DNA of 64,000 nt from Ferrovibrio sp. (GTDB taxonomy: Bacteria; Pseudomonadota; Alphaproteobacteria; Ferrovibrionales; Ferrovibrionaceae). Positions 50,329 through 60,666 of this stretch are shown here, piece by piece. Under the pieces are notes generated by a model. It was not told the DNA's origin. It saw only the letters and a program-made list of their open reading frames with translations, and made no database searches. The number at the start of each line of letters is the position of its first letter. Positions within the stretch are counted from its first letter, which is position 1. The stretch is taken from positions 2,494 through 66,493 of the forward strand of contig NZ_JAHBYG010000019.1 of assembly GCF_019636075.1 (NCBI RefSeq). Reading direction: 5' to 3'. The position numbers were made by a program, and so were the translations under genes.

Positions 50329-51360
50329 GTGTCTACCAAGCAAATTCTCGCCCTCCTTAACTCGCATATCGACGGGGATGAAGATCAACTTTTGTCGATT
50401 GCTTTACAAATTGCGGCGCAGGAAGCTCGCCAAGGCCGGGCCGATGAAGCCGAAAAGCTCAAACGCCTTGTTCAAAAGGCCCGCGATCAACGCCGTATTG
50501 GAAAGCCTGCCGGAGGCCAAACACCCATCCCGCTGGCTCGACCGCGAGGCGAATTACAAGGTCTTGTTGAAAGCGCTTATCCGAAAGTTACACTTTCAAG
50601 CATGGTGCTGTCAGATGACATCGCCAAGCGGCTCGGGCGGATCATTCGTCAGCAAGAGGAGCGCGCAACTCTACGCGAACACGGCCAAACCCCAGCAACT
50701 CATATGCTGCTTGTCGGACCGCCCGGGACAGGCAAAACGATGACTGCTTCGGCGCTTGCTGGGGAATTACACCTACCGCTCTTCACGGTGCGGCTCGAAG
50801 CTTTATTCAGCCGGTTCCTCGGCGAAACCGCAAGCAAAATGCGCCTTCTGTTCGACCAGATTGCGCAAACGCGCGGTGTTTACCTTCTCGATGAATTCGA
50901 CGCGATCGGTGCGCGCCGCGGCGATCCAAACGATGTTGGCGAGATTCGTCGCGTGCTGAATTCTGTTTTAGCTTTTATGGAAGAGCCAAATTCGACTGAC
51001 AGCCTTGTTTTGGCGGCGACTAATCATGTTGAGATTCTGGACGAAGCTTTGGCGCGACGCTTCGATGAGGTGATCGAATATACACTACCAGACACCACAT
51101 CTGCGCGATCCATCATTGAACACCGCCTTGGCAAGTTCAAATTCAACACCAAGGCATGGTCTGCACTTGAGCCTGCAATTGACGGCCTCAGTCAAGGCGA
51201 ATTGGTTCGGGCTGCAGATGCCGTGGTGAAGGATGCTATCCTAGAAGGCTCGGCAAAGGTTTCACCGGAGACACTGCGAGCCGCTTTGGAAAACCGGCAA
51301 ACACTGAAGGATAAATTTCGTCGTCAATCCAAACGGTCGGCAGATATTATAAACGGATAA
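50329..51360 (+). CDS. AAA ATPase, IetA-like
   Basis: GPPGTGKT, YLLDEFDAIG, GEIRRVLNS, ATNH..LDEALARRFD; GTG start after AAAGGAGG. Confidence 0.9.
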   Translation: MSTKQILALLNSHIDGDEDQLLSIALQIAAQEARQGRADEAEKLKRLVQKARDQRRIGKPAGGQTPIPLARPRGELQGLVESAYPKVTLSSMVLSDDIAKRLGRIIRQQEERATLREHGQTPATHMLLVGPPGTGKTMTASALAGELHLPLFTVRLEALFSRFLGETASKMRLLFDQIAQTRGVYLLDEFDAIGARRGDPNDVGEIRRVLNSVLAFMEEPNSTDSLVLAATNHVEILDEALARRFDEVIEYTLPDTTSARSIIEHRLGKFKFNTKAWSALEPAIDGLSQGELVRAADAVVKDAILEGSAKVSPETLRAALENRQTLKDKFRRQSKRSADIING

Positions 51361-51390
51361 TCTAAAATTCGAGAAACGAGCAAAAAAAAT

Positions 51391-53934
51391 ATGGCGGAAC
51401 CAAATAATTTTGATACTAGAGATCGACCGCATATTTCCATTGACGCTTTTCGTGAGACTACAGATTATACCTTCCCACCACGCAATCAGAATCGCAAACC
51501 GCTTCGCGACGATTACGCCGCGCACGCCGCTCATCTTCTTAACCAACTCGCCGTAGCCCTCGGCGATGTTCCACAGCCAGCGAACGATACACGCCTCGCC
51601 ATTCAAGACCTAAGATCCGGTACGATTGTTGAGATTACGACAGTACCACCAAGCGAGGACTCTCGCACCAAAGCGGCTAAAATTCCAACAACACTGGAAT
51701 TTCCATCACAGGGCGTGGTGGTACTTCGTTCAGAGCGGAATGATGACAGGACTGAGAGTGCATTACTCTTCGTACCTGATGAGGCACGAATTTTCCTGGA
51801 AAGCAGGATTAGCGACTATGGGCGCGACCCCGGCAATAGACGACGCCCCGATATTGAACGATTCGAAATCGTTGAAACAATCCAGACAATTGACGCAAGA
51901 TCATTATTTACTGGAGAAGTGGACTTAACCTCACCGGAAATCGTGTGGTGGGAGTTTTGGATTCGTCAACCTATTGCTTTGGCAGATCACTTAACAGCCG
52001 CAGCCCACAAAGCAAACATCGATGTCCACAATGACCGTCTGATTTTCCCTGACACGACTGTACTCTTCTTCCATGCAGCCGCTGCAACAATAGCGAAATT
52101 TGCATCACAAGTACCCGGTGCAATCGCCGAAATTCGACGCGCGACAGGAACTATCGAGCCTTTCCTTGATCGTGGAGAGGCTGGAATTGGTCAACACGAA
52201 TGGATAGCGGATTTAGCTATGCGTGTCTCAGCTCCAGCCCAGGATACTCCTGTCGTCTGCACACTTGACACAGGTGTCGCCAGCGCTCATCCGCTGATTG
52301 CTCCAGGTCTGCGTGGTACATGGGCATACGATGCCGCCTGGGGTACCGACGATCACGCAGCCAATGGCGGACACGGTACGCCATTGGCTGGCTTGGTCCT
52401 TTACGGCGATCTCGAATCACTGATGAATGATAAACGCCCGGTTATGCTGACGCATGGCGTCGAATCCATGAAACTTTTACCTCCACTCGGCTTTCCACCA
52501 ACCAAGCCACCTAGCTATGGCGTCGTCACACAAGGTGCTGTCAGCATGGTTGAGATCGAGCGTCCCGCCGTGCTTCGTAGCTTTTGTATCGCGGCATCCA
52601 CAAGGGATTTTCCACCCAACCGTCCTTCGACATGGAGCGGCGCAATTGATCAGGCCGCCGCTGGCGCAATGCCTGGTGAAGCAGATGAGAAAATACAAGC
52701 TGCTAAGCGGACCAAGCGTTTAATTGCCGTCGCTACAGGTAACGTATCCGGTGGCAATGCGGTGGACGTTCTACCATCCCGGCCGCTGGAAGACCCCTCG
52801 CAAAGCTGGAACGCCCTGACTATCGGCGGCTTCACCCGCAAAGAACACCCCCCGGAACCGCCGCCTGTGTTCAGGGCCGTAGTGCCCGCAAACCACCGCA
52901 GCCCGTTCAGCTTAGGCTCACAATCTCTCCCCGATGATCTAACCCCTATCAAGCCCGAGGTATTGTTTGAGGCCGGCAACATGATGTCGGACGACACCGG
53001 CTTCTGTGGCTGGAACTCATCGGTATCACTTCTGTCGACCGGGTCAGATGTGACGGGCGAACCTTTAGTGCCATTCTTTGCAACCAGCGCCGCTGCCGCC
53101 ATGGCTGGTCATTTCATCGGGCGATTGCAAGCAACCCTGCCGGGCCTTTGGCCTGAAACGCATCGCGCACTTACCGTAGACTCGGCTCGCTGGCCAGAAC
53201 CTATCCGCAAGAAGTTCATCGGTCGAGGAGCACATTGGAAAGCAGGCTCGAAGGCAGAGAAGCAACAGCATCTGAGAGAATTTGGATACGGTGTTCCCGA
53301 CATTGATCGCGCAATCTTATCTGCTCGGAACGACGCAACATTGGTCGCGCAGGCCGAGATTCAACCCTATGCAATTGCCGCAGATGAGCGTAGCGGTGTA
53401 TTTAATGAGATGCATCTCTACAATTTACCCTGGCCAAAAACTGCGCTAGAAAACCTCGAAAATGAAATTGTCACGATGAAAGTCACACTCTCATATTTCA
53501 TCGAGCCAAATTTGACTGGCAAAGCCGCCACCAGGCCGGATACCTATCGCTCTTTTGGTCTTCGCTTCGATATGAAGAAGCGCACAGAAACTGATGCCCA
53601 CTTTCGCGGGCGGATTTCTGCCAGTCAATCGAGGGATGGTACGGAAACTGAGAGCGAGGCGAGTTATTGGCTGCTTGGACCGAAATCGATTCAAGCAGGC
53701 TCCCTCCATTGTGATCTCTGGCGTGGTCGCGCCATCGAACTAGCCGGACACAATGCTATTGCCGTTTTTCCAGTTGGTGGTTGGTGGAAATCACATATCG
53801 GACAAAAGCGCATGACCGATAAAGCGCGTTATGCGCTGGTCATTTCAATTTCTGCCCCTGGACAAGCCGTCGACCTCTACTCAGAAATCAGCACACTTGT
53901 GGAAGCAAAAAAAGTCGAAATTCCACTTGGTTAA
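51391..53934 (+). CDS. S8 subtilase, IetS-like
   Basis: LDTGV (Asp), HGTPLAG (His), ATSAAA (Ser), GYGVPD; paired with the AAA ATPase; visibly lower GC. Confidence 0.9.
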   Translation: MAEPNNFDTRDRPHISIDAFRETTDYTFPPRNQNRKPLRDDYAAHAAHLLNQLAVALGDVPQPANDTRLAIQDLRSGTIVEITTVPPSEDSRTKAAKIPTTLEFPSQGVVVLRSERNDDRTESALLFVPDEARIFLESRISDYGRDPGNRRRPDIERFEIVETIQTIDARSLFTGEVDLTSPEIVWWEFWIRQPIALADHLTAAAHKANIDVHNDRLIFPDTTVLFFHAAAATIAKFASQVPGAIAEIRRATGTIEPFLDRGEAGIGQHEWIADLAMRVSAPAQDTPVVCTLDTGVASAHPLIAPGLRGTWAYDAAWGTDDHAANGGHGTPLAGLVLYGDLESLMNDKRPVMLTHGVESMKLLPPLGFPPTKPPSYGVVTQGAVSMVEIERPAVLRSFCIAASTRDFPPNRPSTWSGAIDQAAAGAMPGEADEKIQAAKRTKRLIAVATGNVSGGNAVDVLPSRPLEDPSQSWNALTIGGFTRKEHPPEPPPVFRAVVPANHRSPFSLGSQSLPDDLTPIKPEVLFEAGNMMSDDTGFCGWNSSVSLLSTGSDVTGEPLVPFFATSAAAAMAGHFIGRLQATLPGLWPETHRALTVDSARWPEPIRKKFIGRGAHWKAGSKAEKQQHLREFGYGVPDIDRAILSARNDATLVAQAEIQPYAIAADERSGVFNEMHLYNLPWPKTALENLENEIVTMKVTLSYFIEPNLTGKAATRPDTYRSFGLRFDMKKRTETDAHFRGRISASQSRDGTETESEASYWLLGPKSIQAGSLHCDLWRGRAIELAGHNAIAVFPVGGWWKSHIGQKRMTDKARYALVISISAPGQAVDLYSEISTLVEAKKVEIPLG

Positions 53935-53955
53935 GAGAGTTTCTATACGTCTGCC

Positions 53956-54843
53956 TCATAAATCCCGCAACAGCGCCGCCAGGCCGTCGCGATACGTGGG
54001 ATAGCGCAAGCTTACGCCGAGCGCCTGCTTGATGCGGTCATTGGCCACGCGTTTGCTTTCCGAATAGAAGCTGAGCGCCATCGGGCTGAGGCCCGCCTGT
54101 TCTAGCGGCACTTCCGGCGGCGGTTCCATCCCGAGCAATGCGGCGGCATGGGCCACCACATCCTGCGGCGGGGCGGGTTCGTCATCGGCCAGGTTATAGG
54201 CTGCGCCGGGATCGGGCCGCGCCATGGAGGCCGCCAGCACGGCCGCCACATCCGCCACATGGATGCGGGAGAAAACCTGCCCCGGCTTCACCGCGCGATG
54301 CGCCTTGCCTTGGCGCAGGCTGACCAGCGCATTGCGCCCCGGGCCATAGATGCCGGCCAGCCGGAACAGATGCACCGGCAGGCCATGGCGGCGCCACAGG
54401 TCGAGCCAGCCGGCTTCCGCATCGGCGCGGCGCTGGCCGCGATCATGGCTGGGCGCGATGGCGGCCTGTTCATCCACCCAGTCGCCCTGGCGGTCGCCAT
54501 ACACGCCCGTGGTGGAGAGATAGCCCAGCCATTTCAGCCCGCCATGGCCTGCCAGCAAATCGCCGCATTGCCGCAGCACCGGGTCGCCGGCCTTGTCGGG
54601 CGGCCCGGCATTTGGCGGTATCGAAATCAGCACATGATCGGCGCTTTGCAGGATGTCCGGCTGCGGCAAGCGGCCGCCGCCATCGAATGGCTGCATCTCG
54701 ATATCGGGATAAACCCGGTCCGCCGAACGGCTGGTGCCGGAAAACCGCCATTGCCCTGGCTGGTTGCGGCGCAATTCCGCGATCAAGGCTTGGGCGCTAT
54801 AGCCGAGGCCGAAACAGAACAGGTGCTTTGCATTCTCCGCCAT
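53956..54843 (-). CDS. NAD-dependent epimerase/SDR
   Basis: FGLGYSA, YLSTTGVYGD, RLAGIYGPGR, RIHVAD. Confidence 0.9.
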   Translation of the reverse strand: MAENAKHLFCFGLGYSAQALIAELRRNQPGQWRFSGTSRSADRVYPDIEMQPFDGGGRLPQPDILQSADHVLISIPPNAGPPDKAGDPVLRQCGDLLAGHGGLKWLGYLSTTGVYGDRQGDWVDEQAAIAPSHDRGQRRADAEAGWLDLWRRHGLPVHLFRLAGIYGPGRNALVSLRQGKAHRAVKPGQVFSRIHVADVAAVLAASMARPDPGAAYNLADDEPAPPQDVVAHAAALLGMEPPPEVPLEQAGLSPMALSFYSESKRVANDRIKQALGVSLRYPTYRDGLAALLRDL

Positions 54844-54887
54844 GCCCCGTCTTGCCAAGCCGGAGCGGCGCCGTCAATCTGCCGGCC

Positions 54888-55658
54888 ATGTCGTATCGTG
54901 TTTTACTGCTGGCGGGCCTGCTGCTGCCGGCTAATCTTATAGCGCCTGCATTGCTGGCCCAGGGCCGCCCGGCGCCGGCCATCCAATCGCTGAATTACGA
55001 GGATTGCCTGGGCCTGGCCCGCACCAATCCGGAAGAGGGCTTCGCCCAGGCGCAAACCTGGCGCGCCACCGGCGGCGGCCTGCCGGCCAGCCATTGCGCC
55101 GCGCTGGCGCTGTTCCAGCTCGGCCATTACGGCGATGCCGCCGACAAGCTGGAATCCCTGCTGCCCGAGGCCGAACGCCAGGTGCCGCATCTGGTGCCCG
55201 ATATCCTGTCGCAGGCCGCCAATGCCTGGCTGCTGGCCAATATCCCCGACCGCGCCCGCAAGCTGCTGGATCTTGCCATCCAGGCCCAGCCCAACCGGCT
55301 GGAATTGCGCCTCGACCGCGCCCAGGCCCTGGCCGAGCTGAACGATTATCCGGCCGCCCGGGCCGACCTGGATGTGGCGCTGAGCCTGGATCCCACCCGC
55401 GACGATGCCCTGGCCCTGCGCGCGGCCGCCCGCCGCCTTACCGGCGATCTGCCCGGCGCCCTGGAGGATGCCGAACTGGCCCTGGCGCTGAACCGCCGCA
55501 ACGTGGAAGCCCTGCTGGAACGCGGCATCCTGCGCGCCCAGGCCGGCGACCGCGCGGCCGCACGGGCCGACCTGATCCAGGTGCGCATGATCCAGCCCGA
55601 TGGTGCGGCGGCGGAAGCGGCGGCCAGGCAGATCGAAGCCATGGATGTGAAGCAGTAG
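54888..55658 (+). CDS. Exported TPR protein
   Basis: Signal-peptide-like N-terminus followed by repeated TPR helices. Confidence 0.85.
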   Translation: MSYRVLLLAGLLLPANLIAPALLAQGRPAPAIQSLNYEDCLGLARTNPEEGFAQAQTWRATGGGLPASHCAALALFQLGHYGDAADKLESLLPEAERQVPHLVPDILSQAANAWLLANIPDRARKLLDLAIQAQPNRLELRLDRAQALAELNDYPAARADLDVALSLDPTRDDALALRAAARRLTGDLPGALEDAELALALNRRNVEALLERGILRAQAGDRAAARADLIQVRMIQPDGAAAEAAARQIEAMDVKQ

Positions 55659-55668
55659 CATTCCCTAT

Positions 55669-55758
55669 CCGTCATGCCCGGACTGGTTCCGGGCATCCAT
55701 CGTTAAGCAGCTTTGCTGCATCAGGCATGGACCACCGGAACACGTCCGGTGGTGACGG
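55669..55758. repeat. Alphaproteobacterial REP-like doublet
   Basis: CCGTCATGCCCGGA-CTGGT-TCCGGGCATCCA ... TGGACCACCGGA-ACACG-TCCGGTGGTGACGG, between convergent genes. Confidence 0.8.
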
Positions 55759-55834
55759 TTAAAGGGTGGAGCCATGCGGTTACACGCCGCTCTTTGCCGT
55801 TACACGCTCTTTGCGGTTACACGGCGTCCTATCG

Positions 55835-56596
55835 TTACACCGTGTCGATCAGGCGGAAGCTGCGGCTGTAAACCATCTCGCGCTGCTTGCCGAGGGATTG
55901 CAGCACCTCCTGCAAACGCGCGCGGCCCTGATAGATATGCTCCTCCATCATGCGCCGGGCGCGGGCCGGATCGCGGCGCAGCACGGCATCGAACACGATC
56001 TCGTGCATCTTCAGCGCATCGCGCACATAGGCCATGATCTCGTCGATATTGCTGGGCGTGGCCACGATGATGCGCGGCGAGGACAGCGGCACCGTGCCGG
56101 TCTGCTGGATCAGCGCGGTGAGCAGCGGGCTGTTGGCGGCGGTGAGAAACGCATCGTGGAAATCGCCGTTGAGATTGGACCAGGCTTCCACATCGGCATC
56201 GCTATAGTGCGGTTTCTGCAACAGCGCGGCGGTATCGGCGATGTTGCGTTCCAGCAGCGCCACGGCGGCGGCATCCAGCCCGCTCTGCGCCGCCATCTCG
56301 CAGGCCATGGCTTCCAGCCGGCCGCGGATATCCACTGCCGTGATGATCTCGCTGACCGAGAATCCGCGCACGGTGAAGCCGCGCTGCGGCGCATAGGTGA
56401 GCAGGCCTTCCTGGGCCAGCGCCTGCAACGCCAGCCGCACCGGCGTGCGCGATACATCCAGCTGCTTGGCCAGGTCCACTTCCAGCATCTTGGCATGGGG
56501 GGCGAAACGGCCCTCCATGATCATGCCGCGCAGCCGCAACAGCACGCGCTCGAATTGCGTGCTGGTATTGGGCGGTGCGGCCTGGCTCTCCGGCAT
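55835..56596 (-). CDS. GntR/FCD transcriptional regulator (VanR-like)
   Basis: LAKQLDVSRTPVRLAL..EGLL, NGDFHD. Confidence 0.92.
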   Translation of the reverse strand: MPESQAAPPNTSTQFERVLLRLRGMIMEGRFAPHAKMLEVDLAKQLDVSRTPVRLALQALAQEGLLTYAPQRGFTVRGFSVSEIITAVDIRGRLEAMACEMAAQSGLDAAAVALLERNIADTAALLQKPHYSDADVEAWSNLNGDFHDAFLTAANSPLLTALIQQTGTVPLSSPRIIVATPSNIDEIMAYVRDALKMHEIVFDAVLRRDPARARRMMEEHIYQGRARLQEVLQSLGKQREMVYSRSFRLIDTV

Positions 56597-56653
56597 GGTG
56601 CTATTGTCGCCGAGCCACGGGGGCGAAGACAAGAGGCGGCCCGGGCTGCGGAT

Positions 56654-58297
56654 TCATTGGAGATCGGCGCCGCGCGCATGATCCAGCACGGCGCCCGCAT
56701 TGCCGGATGCCGTATTGCCGCGCCAGGCCACATGGCCATCGGGGCGCACCAGCACCAGCGGCGCTTCATAAAGCTTGCACAAAGTCGCATCCTGCAAAGC
56801 CAGGGCGCGCAGCGGCATGCCTATCGCTCTGGCCGCCTGCAACAGGCCGGATGTATCCGCGCCCGGTGCATGCACCAGCACGAAATCCTTGCCGTAATGA
56901 TCCAGCAGCGAGGAACCATCCGGCAGCCAGCCATGCGGTGCGCGCGCGCCGGGCCGCGTGGTGGGTTCGTAGCGGCCGGGATCGAACGGGCGCGGATCAT
57001 GCGGCATTGGTTCGCCGGCGATCACCGGCGAATCTTCGTACACATAACCCAACTGCACGCCGATGGTGTTCCATTCCTTGGCGCGCTTGTCGCGGATAAT
57101 CTCGGCAAGAGCCGTCCGCGCCGCAGCGCCGGCCGGTGTGTCCTTGTCGAGATCGGGATCCACCTTCAGCGCCATCTGGGCTTTGTAATTGGAGGCGGCC
57201 TCGGCCACGTTGCGTGCGGCGACCGGCTTGCGTTCGGGTGTGTAGCTGTTCAGCAGCCGCGGCCCGCCCCAGCCTTGCAGCATGGCTTGCAGCTTCCAGG
57301 ATAGATCGACGGCATCGCCGATGCCGGTATTCATGCCGAAGCCGCCGCGCGGCCAGAGCAGATGCGCCGCGTCGCCCACCAGGAAGACCCGGCCGGCGCG
57401 GAATTCATCGGCCACCACGGTATGCCCGGCCCAGGGCCGCGCATCGAGAATCTCGACCTGCACATCGCTGCCATCGGGCATCTGGCCCAGCGCCGAACGC
57501 AGGCAATCCTGCGGCGTGAGGCGGCTGGCATCGGCAGGCCCCATCATGCGGATCAGGCGCCACAGATCGTTGCCATCCACCGTGGAAAGATTGGCAAACG
57601 CTTCCGGGTTCATGATGTCCACCATCACGCCGGGGCGGTCGCGCATGATCTCGCGCAATTGCGCCGAGCGGAAATAGATGCCGAAATTATGGCCTTCCGC
57701 AAAAGTACCTTGCATCTCGATGCCCAGGGATTTGCGGATGCCGCTGGAAGCGCCATCGCAGGCGGCGAGATACTGGCAGCGCAAGCGGCGTTTCGCGCCG
57801 GTTTTCACCTGCTGCAAATCCAGGCTTACGCCATCGGCATCCTGGCTGAAGCCGGTCATCTCCCAGCCGGTCCAGAGCGCGCCTTGCGGCGCGGATTGCA
57901 CGCGCGCCCGCATCAGCGGCTCGAACAATTTCTTCGGGCACCAGAGCGCGCCTTCCGGGCTGATCGCGCGCATCAGTTCCTGCTGTTCGCGGTTGCTGGG
58001 CCGGTCCATGCGCAGCAATTCGTGGCCCAGGATGCGCGTCATGAAATACACATTGCGCTTCAGATCGGGCGGAAAGCCGGCGAAGCGGATCGCATCGGCC
58101 ATGCCCCAACGGCGGAAATGCTCCATGGTGCGCACGAAGATGGCTTCGCTGGTGGGGAAATCCAGCGCGCTTTCGGCACGGTCGATCTGGATGAAGGGAA
58201 TTCCGCGATAGCCCAGATCGATGGCAAGCGCCAGGCCCACCGGCCCGGCGCCGACAATGGCGACCGCTACGCTGTAATCCTCGATCTGTTCGGGCAT
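56654..58297 (-). CDS. FAD-dependent aromatic monooxygenase (PheA/TfdB-like)
   Basis: VGAGPVGL, ACDGASS, VFLVGDAAH..GGFGMNTGIGDA, RPGARAPH, LVRPDGHVAWR. Confidence 0.92.
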   Translation of the reverse strand: MPEQIEDYSVAVAIVGAGPVGLALAIDLGYRGIPFIQIDRAESALDFPTSEAIFVRTMEHFRRWGMADAIRFAGFPPDLKRNVYFMTRILGHELLRMDRPSNREQQELMRAISPEGALWCPKKLFEPLMRARVQSAPQGALWTGWEMTGFSQDADGVSLDLQQVKTGAKRRLRCQYLAACDGASSGIRKSLGIEMQGTFAEGHNFGIYFRSAQLREIMRDRPGVMVDIMNPEAFANLSTVDGNDLWRLIRMMGPADASRLTPQDCLRSALGQMPDGSDVQVEILDARPWAGHTVVADEFRAGRVFLVGDAAHLLWPRGGFGMNTGIGDAVDLSWKLQAMLQGWGGPRLLNSYTPERKPVAARNVAEAASNYKAQMALKVDPDLDKDTPAGAAARTALAEIIRDKRAKEWNTIGVQLGYVYEDSPVIAGEPMPHDPRPFDPGRYEPTTRPGARAPHGWLPDGSSLLDHYGKDFVLVHAPGADTSGLLQAARAIGMPLRALALQDATLCKLYEAPLVLVRPDGHVAWRGNTASGNAGAVLDHARGADLQ

Positions 58298-58301
58298 GCA
58301 A

Positions 58302-58937
58302 TCAATCCGGAATGCGGGTGATGTCGCTTAGATTTTCGCCGGCCTGGAAACGGCGCCGGAAATCATCGCCATCGATGGGAATGCCGGCGGGATTCTTCTT
58401 GAAGGCGGGGGTTTGGAAGAAGCCGAGGAACGCCGCCTCGGTTTCGAAATTCGCCGCCGACAATTCCACCAGATTGCCATCGGGGTCTTCGTAATAGAAC
58501 GCCGTGGCGGGGCCGTGGTTGAAGCTTTTGTAGGGCGCAACGCCGGCATCGCGCAGCCGGCCGTAGCGCTGCATCAGGGTGGCGAAACTATCGTGGCGCA
58601 ATTGCATGTGATGCAGCCCGCTGGCCTTTTGCTCCGGCTGCAGGCCAGGCACATCGAACAGCGCGATCACCTGGCTGTAGGGAAACTGGTTATGCACCCG
58701 CATGAAGCAGAGCCGGATATCGGTATCGAACCGGCCTTGCGGCTGCTTGGCGCGTTCGGCCCAATCGACCGGCACATATTCGTAGAATGGCTGCACGCCC
58801 AGCACCGCCTGATACCACAGCTTCATGGCATCGTAGTTGGAACTGCGCAACACGATCTCGCTGATGCGCGGGGCTTGCAGGTCGCCCGTGAGATCGGGAG
58901 TGAGATTGCTGGTTAGATCGGGGGTGAGTTGGGTCAT
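58302..58937 (-). CDS. VOC-family protein (glyoxalase/extradiol dioxygenase-like)
   Basis: GLHHMQL, NHGPATAFYYEDPDGNLVELS. Confidence 0.88.
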   Translation of the reverse strand: MTQLTPDLTSNLTPDLTGDLQAPRISEIVLRSSNYDAMKLWYQAVLGVQPFYEYVPVDWAERAKQPQGRFDTDIRLCFMRVHNQFPYSQVIALFDVPGLQPEQKASGLHHMQLRHDSFATLMQRYGRLRDAGVAPYKSFNHGPATAFYYEDPDGNLVELSAANFETEAAFLGFFQTPAFKKNPAGIPIDGDDFRRRFQAGENLSDITRIPD

Positions 58938-58991
58938 GGCGTCATCCGGGCAAAAATCCGGCGGCGGGTTTGCGCCCGCCGCCAGTCATGA

Positions 58992-59999
58992 TCACTTGGT
59001 GTAATCCTGGGTGAACAGCACAGCCAAATCGGCGATCTTGTCGTTCGGCCCGAGCAGGCCGGCGGTCTGCGCATAGCTGAGCGTGTTCTGCATCGCCTGG
59101 GCGGTGACCACCAGGCTGTCGGAGGAATTCTCCACCACCTGCTGATAGGAGGCTTCGAAGATATCCGGCGGAATCTGCGCGAAGCGTTTCTTCAGCGCAT
59201 CTTTCGCCGCCGCCGGCTCGCGCTTCATCTTCACCACGGCCTCTTTCAGCCCGGTCACGATGCGGCTGCAGATGGTGGGCTTTTCCTTGCAATAGGCCGG
59301 GCGCGCCACGATCAGGTTATAGCCGAAGGGATTCAGCTCCGGCGCATCCGCTTGCGGCTGCTTGATATACAGCGTGGCGCCATCCTTGATCGCCAGGCTG
59401 GTGAAGGGGTCGCCGAAGATGAAGCCATCCACGCTGCCGGTTTTCAGCGCCGCCATCATGCTGGGCGGCTGCATCGGCGTGATCACCACATCGGTTTCCG
59501 CATTCAGGCCGGCCTTGCGGCTGAGATAGCGCAGATAGCCATGCGGCAGGCCGTTCACGGTATCCACGCCGATGGTCATGCCCTTCAGCGATTTCACCCG
59601 CGTGGCAACATCGGCATTGGGTTGCAGCTTGAATTTCTCCATCGCCGCCGGGCTTACCACCATTTCCAGCATCAGCTTGTCGATGGTGTTGGCAATCGCC
59701 AGCAGGTTCTGGCCTTGCGCCGCCGCACGCAGCACCGAGCCGCCGCCGGTGGACGCGAAATCGGCGCCGCCGGCGATCACCGCATTGGTGGCGCCGGGGC
59801 CGGCGATCAGCGGCAGTTTCACATCCAGGCCCTTGGCGCTCCACAAGCCCAGATCGGCAGCCACATAAAGCGGCGCGAACAGCAGCGCATTGGCCGGCAC
59901 GGCGATGGTGGTGCTGTCGGCGGCGCGGGCGGCGAAAGGAATCGATCCCAGGCTGGTGCCCGCGGCAAGCAGGCAGGCGGCAAGAATGGCGCGTTTCAT
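58992..59999 (-). CDS. NMT1/SsuA-type substrate-binding protein
   Basis: Signal peptide, APLYVA..GLW..KGLDV, NAVIAGGADF, LKGMTIGV. Confidence 0.9.
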   Translation of the reverse strand: MKRAILAACLLAAGTSLGSIPFAARAADSTTIAVPANALLFAPLYVAADLGLWSAKGLDVKLPLIAGPGATNAVIAGGADFASTGGGSVLRAAAQGQNLLAIANTIDKLMLEMVVSPAAMEKFKLQPNADVATRVKSLKGMTIGVDTVNGLPHGYLRYLSRKAGLNAETDVVITPMQPPSMMAALKTGSVDGFIFGDPFTSLAIKDGATLYIKQPQADAPELNPFGYNLIVARPAYCKEKPTICSRIVTGLKEAVVKMKREPAAAKDALKKRFAQIPPDIFEASYQQVVENSSDSLVVTAQAMQNTLSYAQTAGLLGPNDKIADLAVLFTQDYTK

Positions 60000-60312
60000 G
60001 GTTGGTCTTCCCGGCAGTTATTTATGATTCGGCCTCGGATGGGCCGTGTCTTTCACGCTAGCCAGAAATGCATGCATATGCAATTCGTAAATGAATGCAT
60101 TTTGACCGGCCAACAGGACCTACCCGCGCCCGAAGCTAAATATTCATGAAATGCTCTTATATAAAATCGATCATCCGGCCCGGCGCACGACGCGACCAAG
60201 GTTTGCCGGCGGCGGGGCAAGCCAGCCCGGCATGCATTTCAAAACCCGATTTAAAACAGCCTGATTTAAAACAGCCTATGGGGCGCATCTGTGGGTTCGA
60301 CACCGTCTGTTT

Positions 60313-60379
60313 ACACCGTTCGCTCACTGGGGCTTGCTCACACCGTTCGCTCACACCGTTCGCTCACTGGGGCCTGCTC
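60313..60379. repeat. Composite tandem repeat (A-B-A-A-B)
   Basis: A=ACACCGTTCGCTC, B=ACTGGGGC(T/C)TGCTC; a 15-bp doublet GATTTAAAACAGCCT lies at 60248-60277. Confidence 0.85.
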
Positions 60380-60551
60380 ACTCGACCAGCCGGCCCTGGT
60401 CGGCCAGCATCTGGCGCTGGGCGGCCAGCAGGGCCAGCAGGTCGGCTTCGGCCACACTGTCGCTGCGCATCAGGGCGCGGGTGATGGGATCGTGCAACAT
60501 GGTTGCCATGCTGGGCTCTGCCAGCCAATCGTAGTCGCTATCCTCTGCCAT
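60378..60551 (-). CDS. Small conserved-looking protein (57 aa)
   Basis: EPSMATMLHDPITRALMRSD; AGGAGG RBS. Confidence 0.6.
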   Translation of the reverse strand: MAEDSDYDWLAEPSMATMLHDPITRALMRSDSVAEADLLALLAAQRQMLADQGRLVE

Positions 60552-60666
60552 ATCGGCCTCCTGTCTTTGCTCTGGTTCCGCCTCATCGTTGCGAAAGCTT
60601 ATGCCGATGATAGAGGGCGGTGGCATGACAAGATCAAGGCGATATTGTGGTGAAGCGTGACACATG

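Noticed and set aside
60300-60381. CRISPR array
   Set aside because: Units are 13-14 bp, adjacent, with no unique spacers and no cas genes
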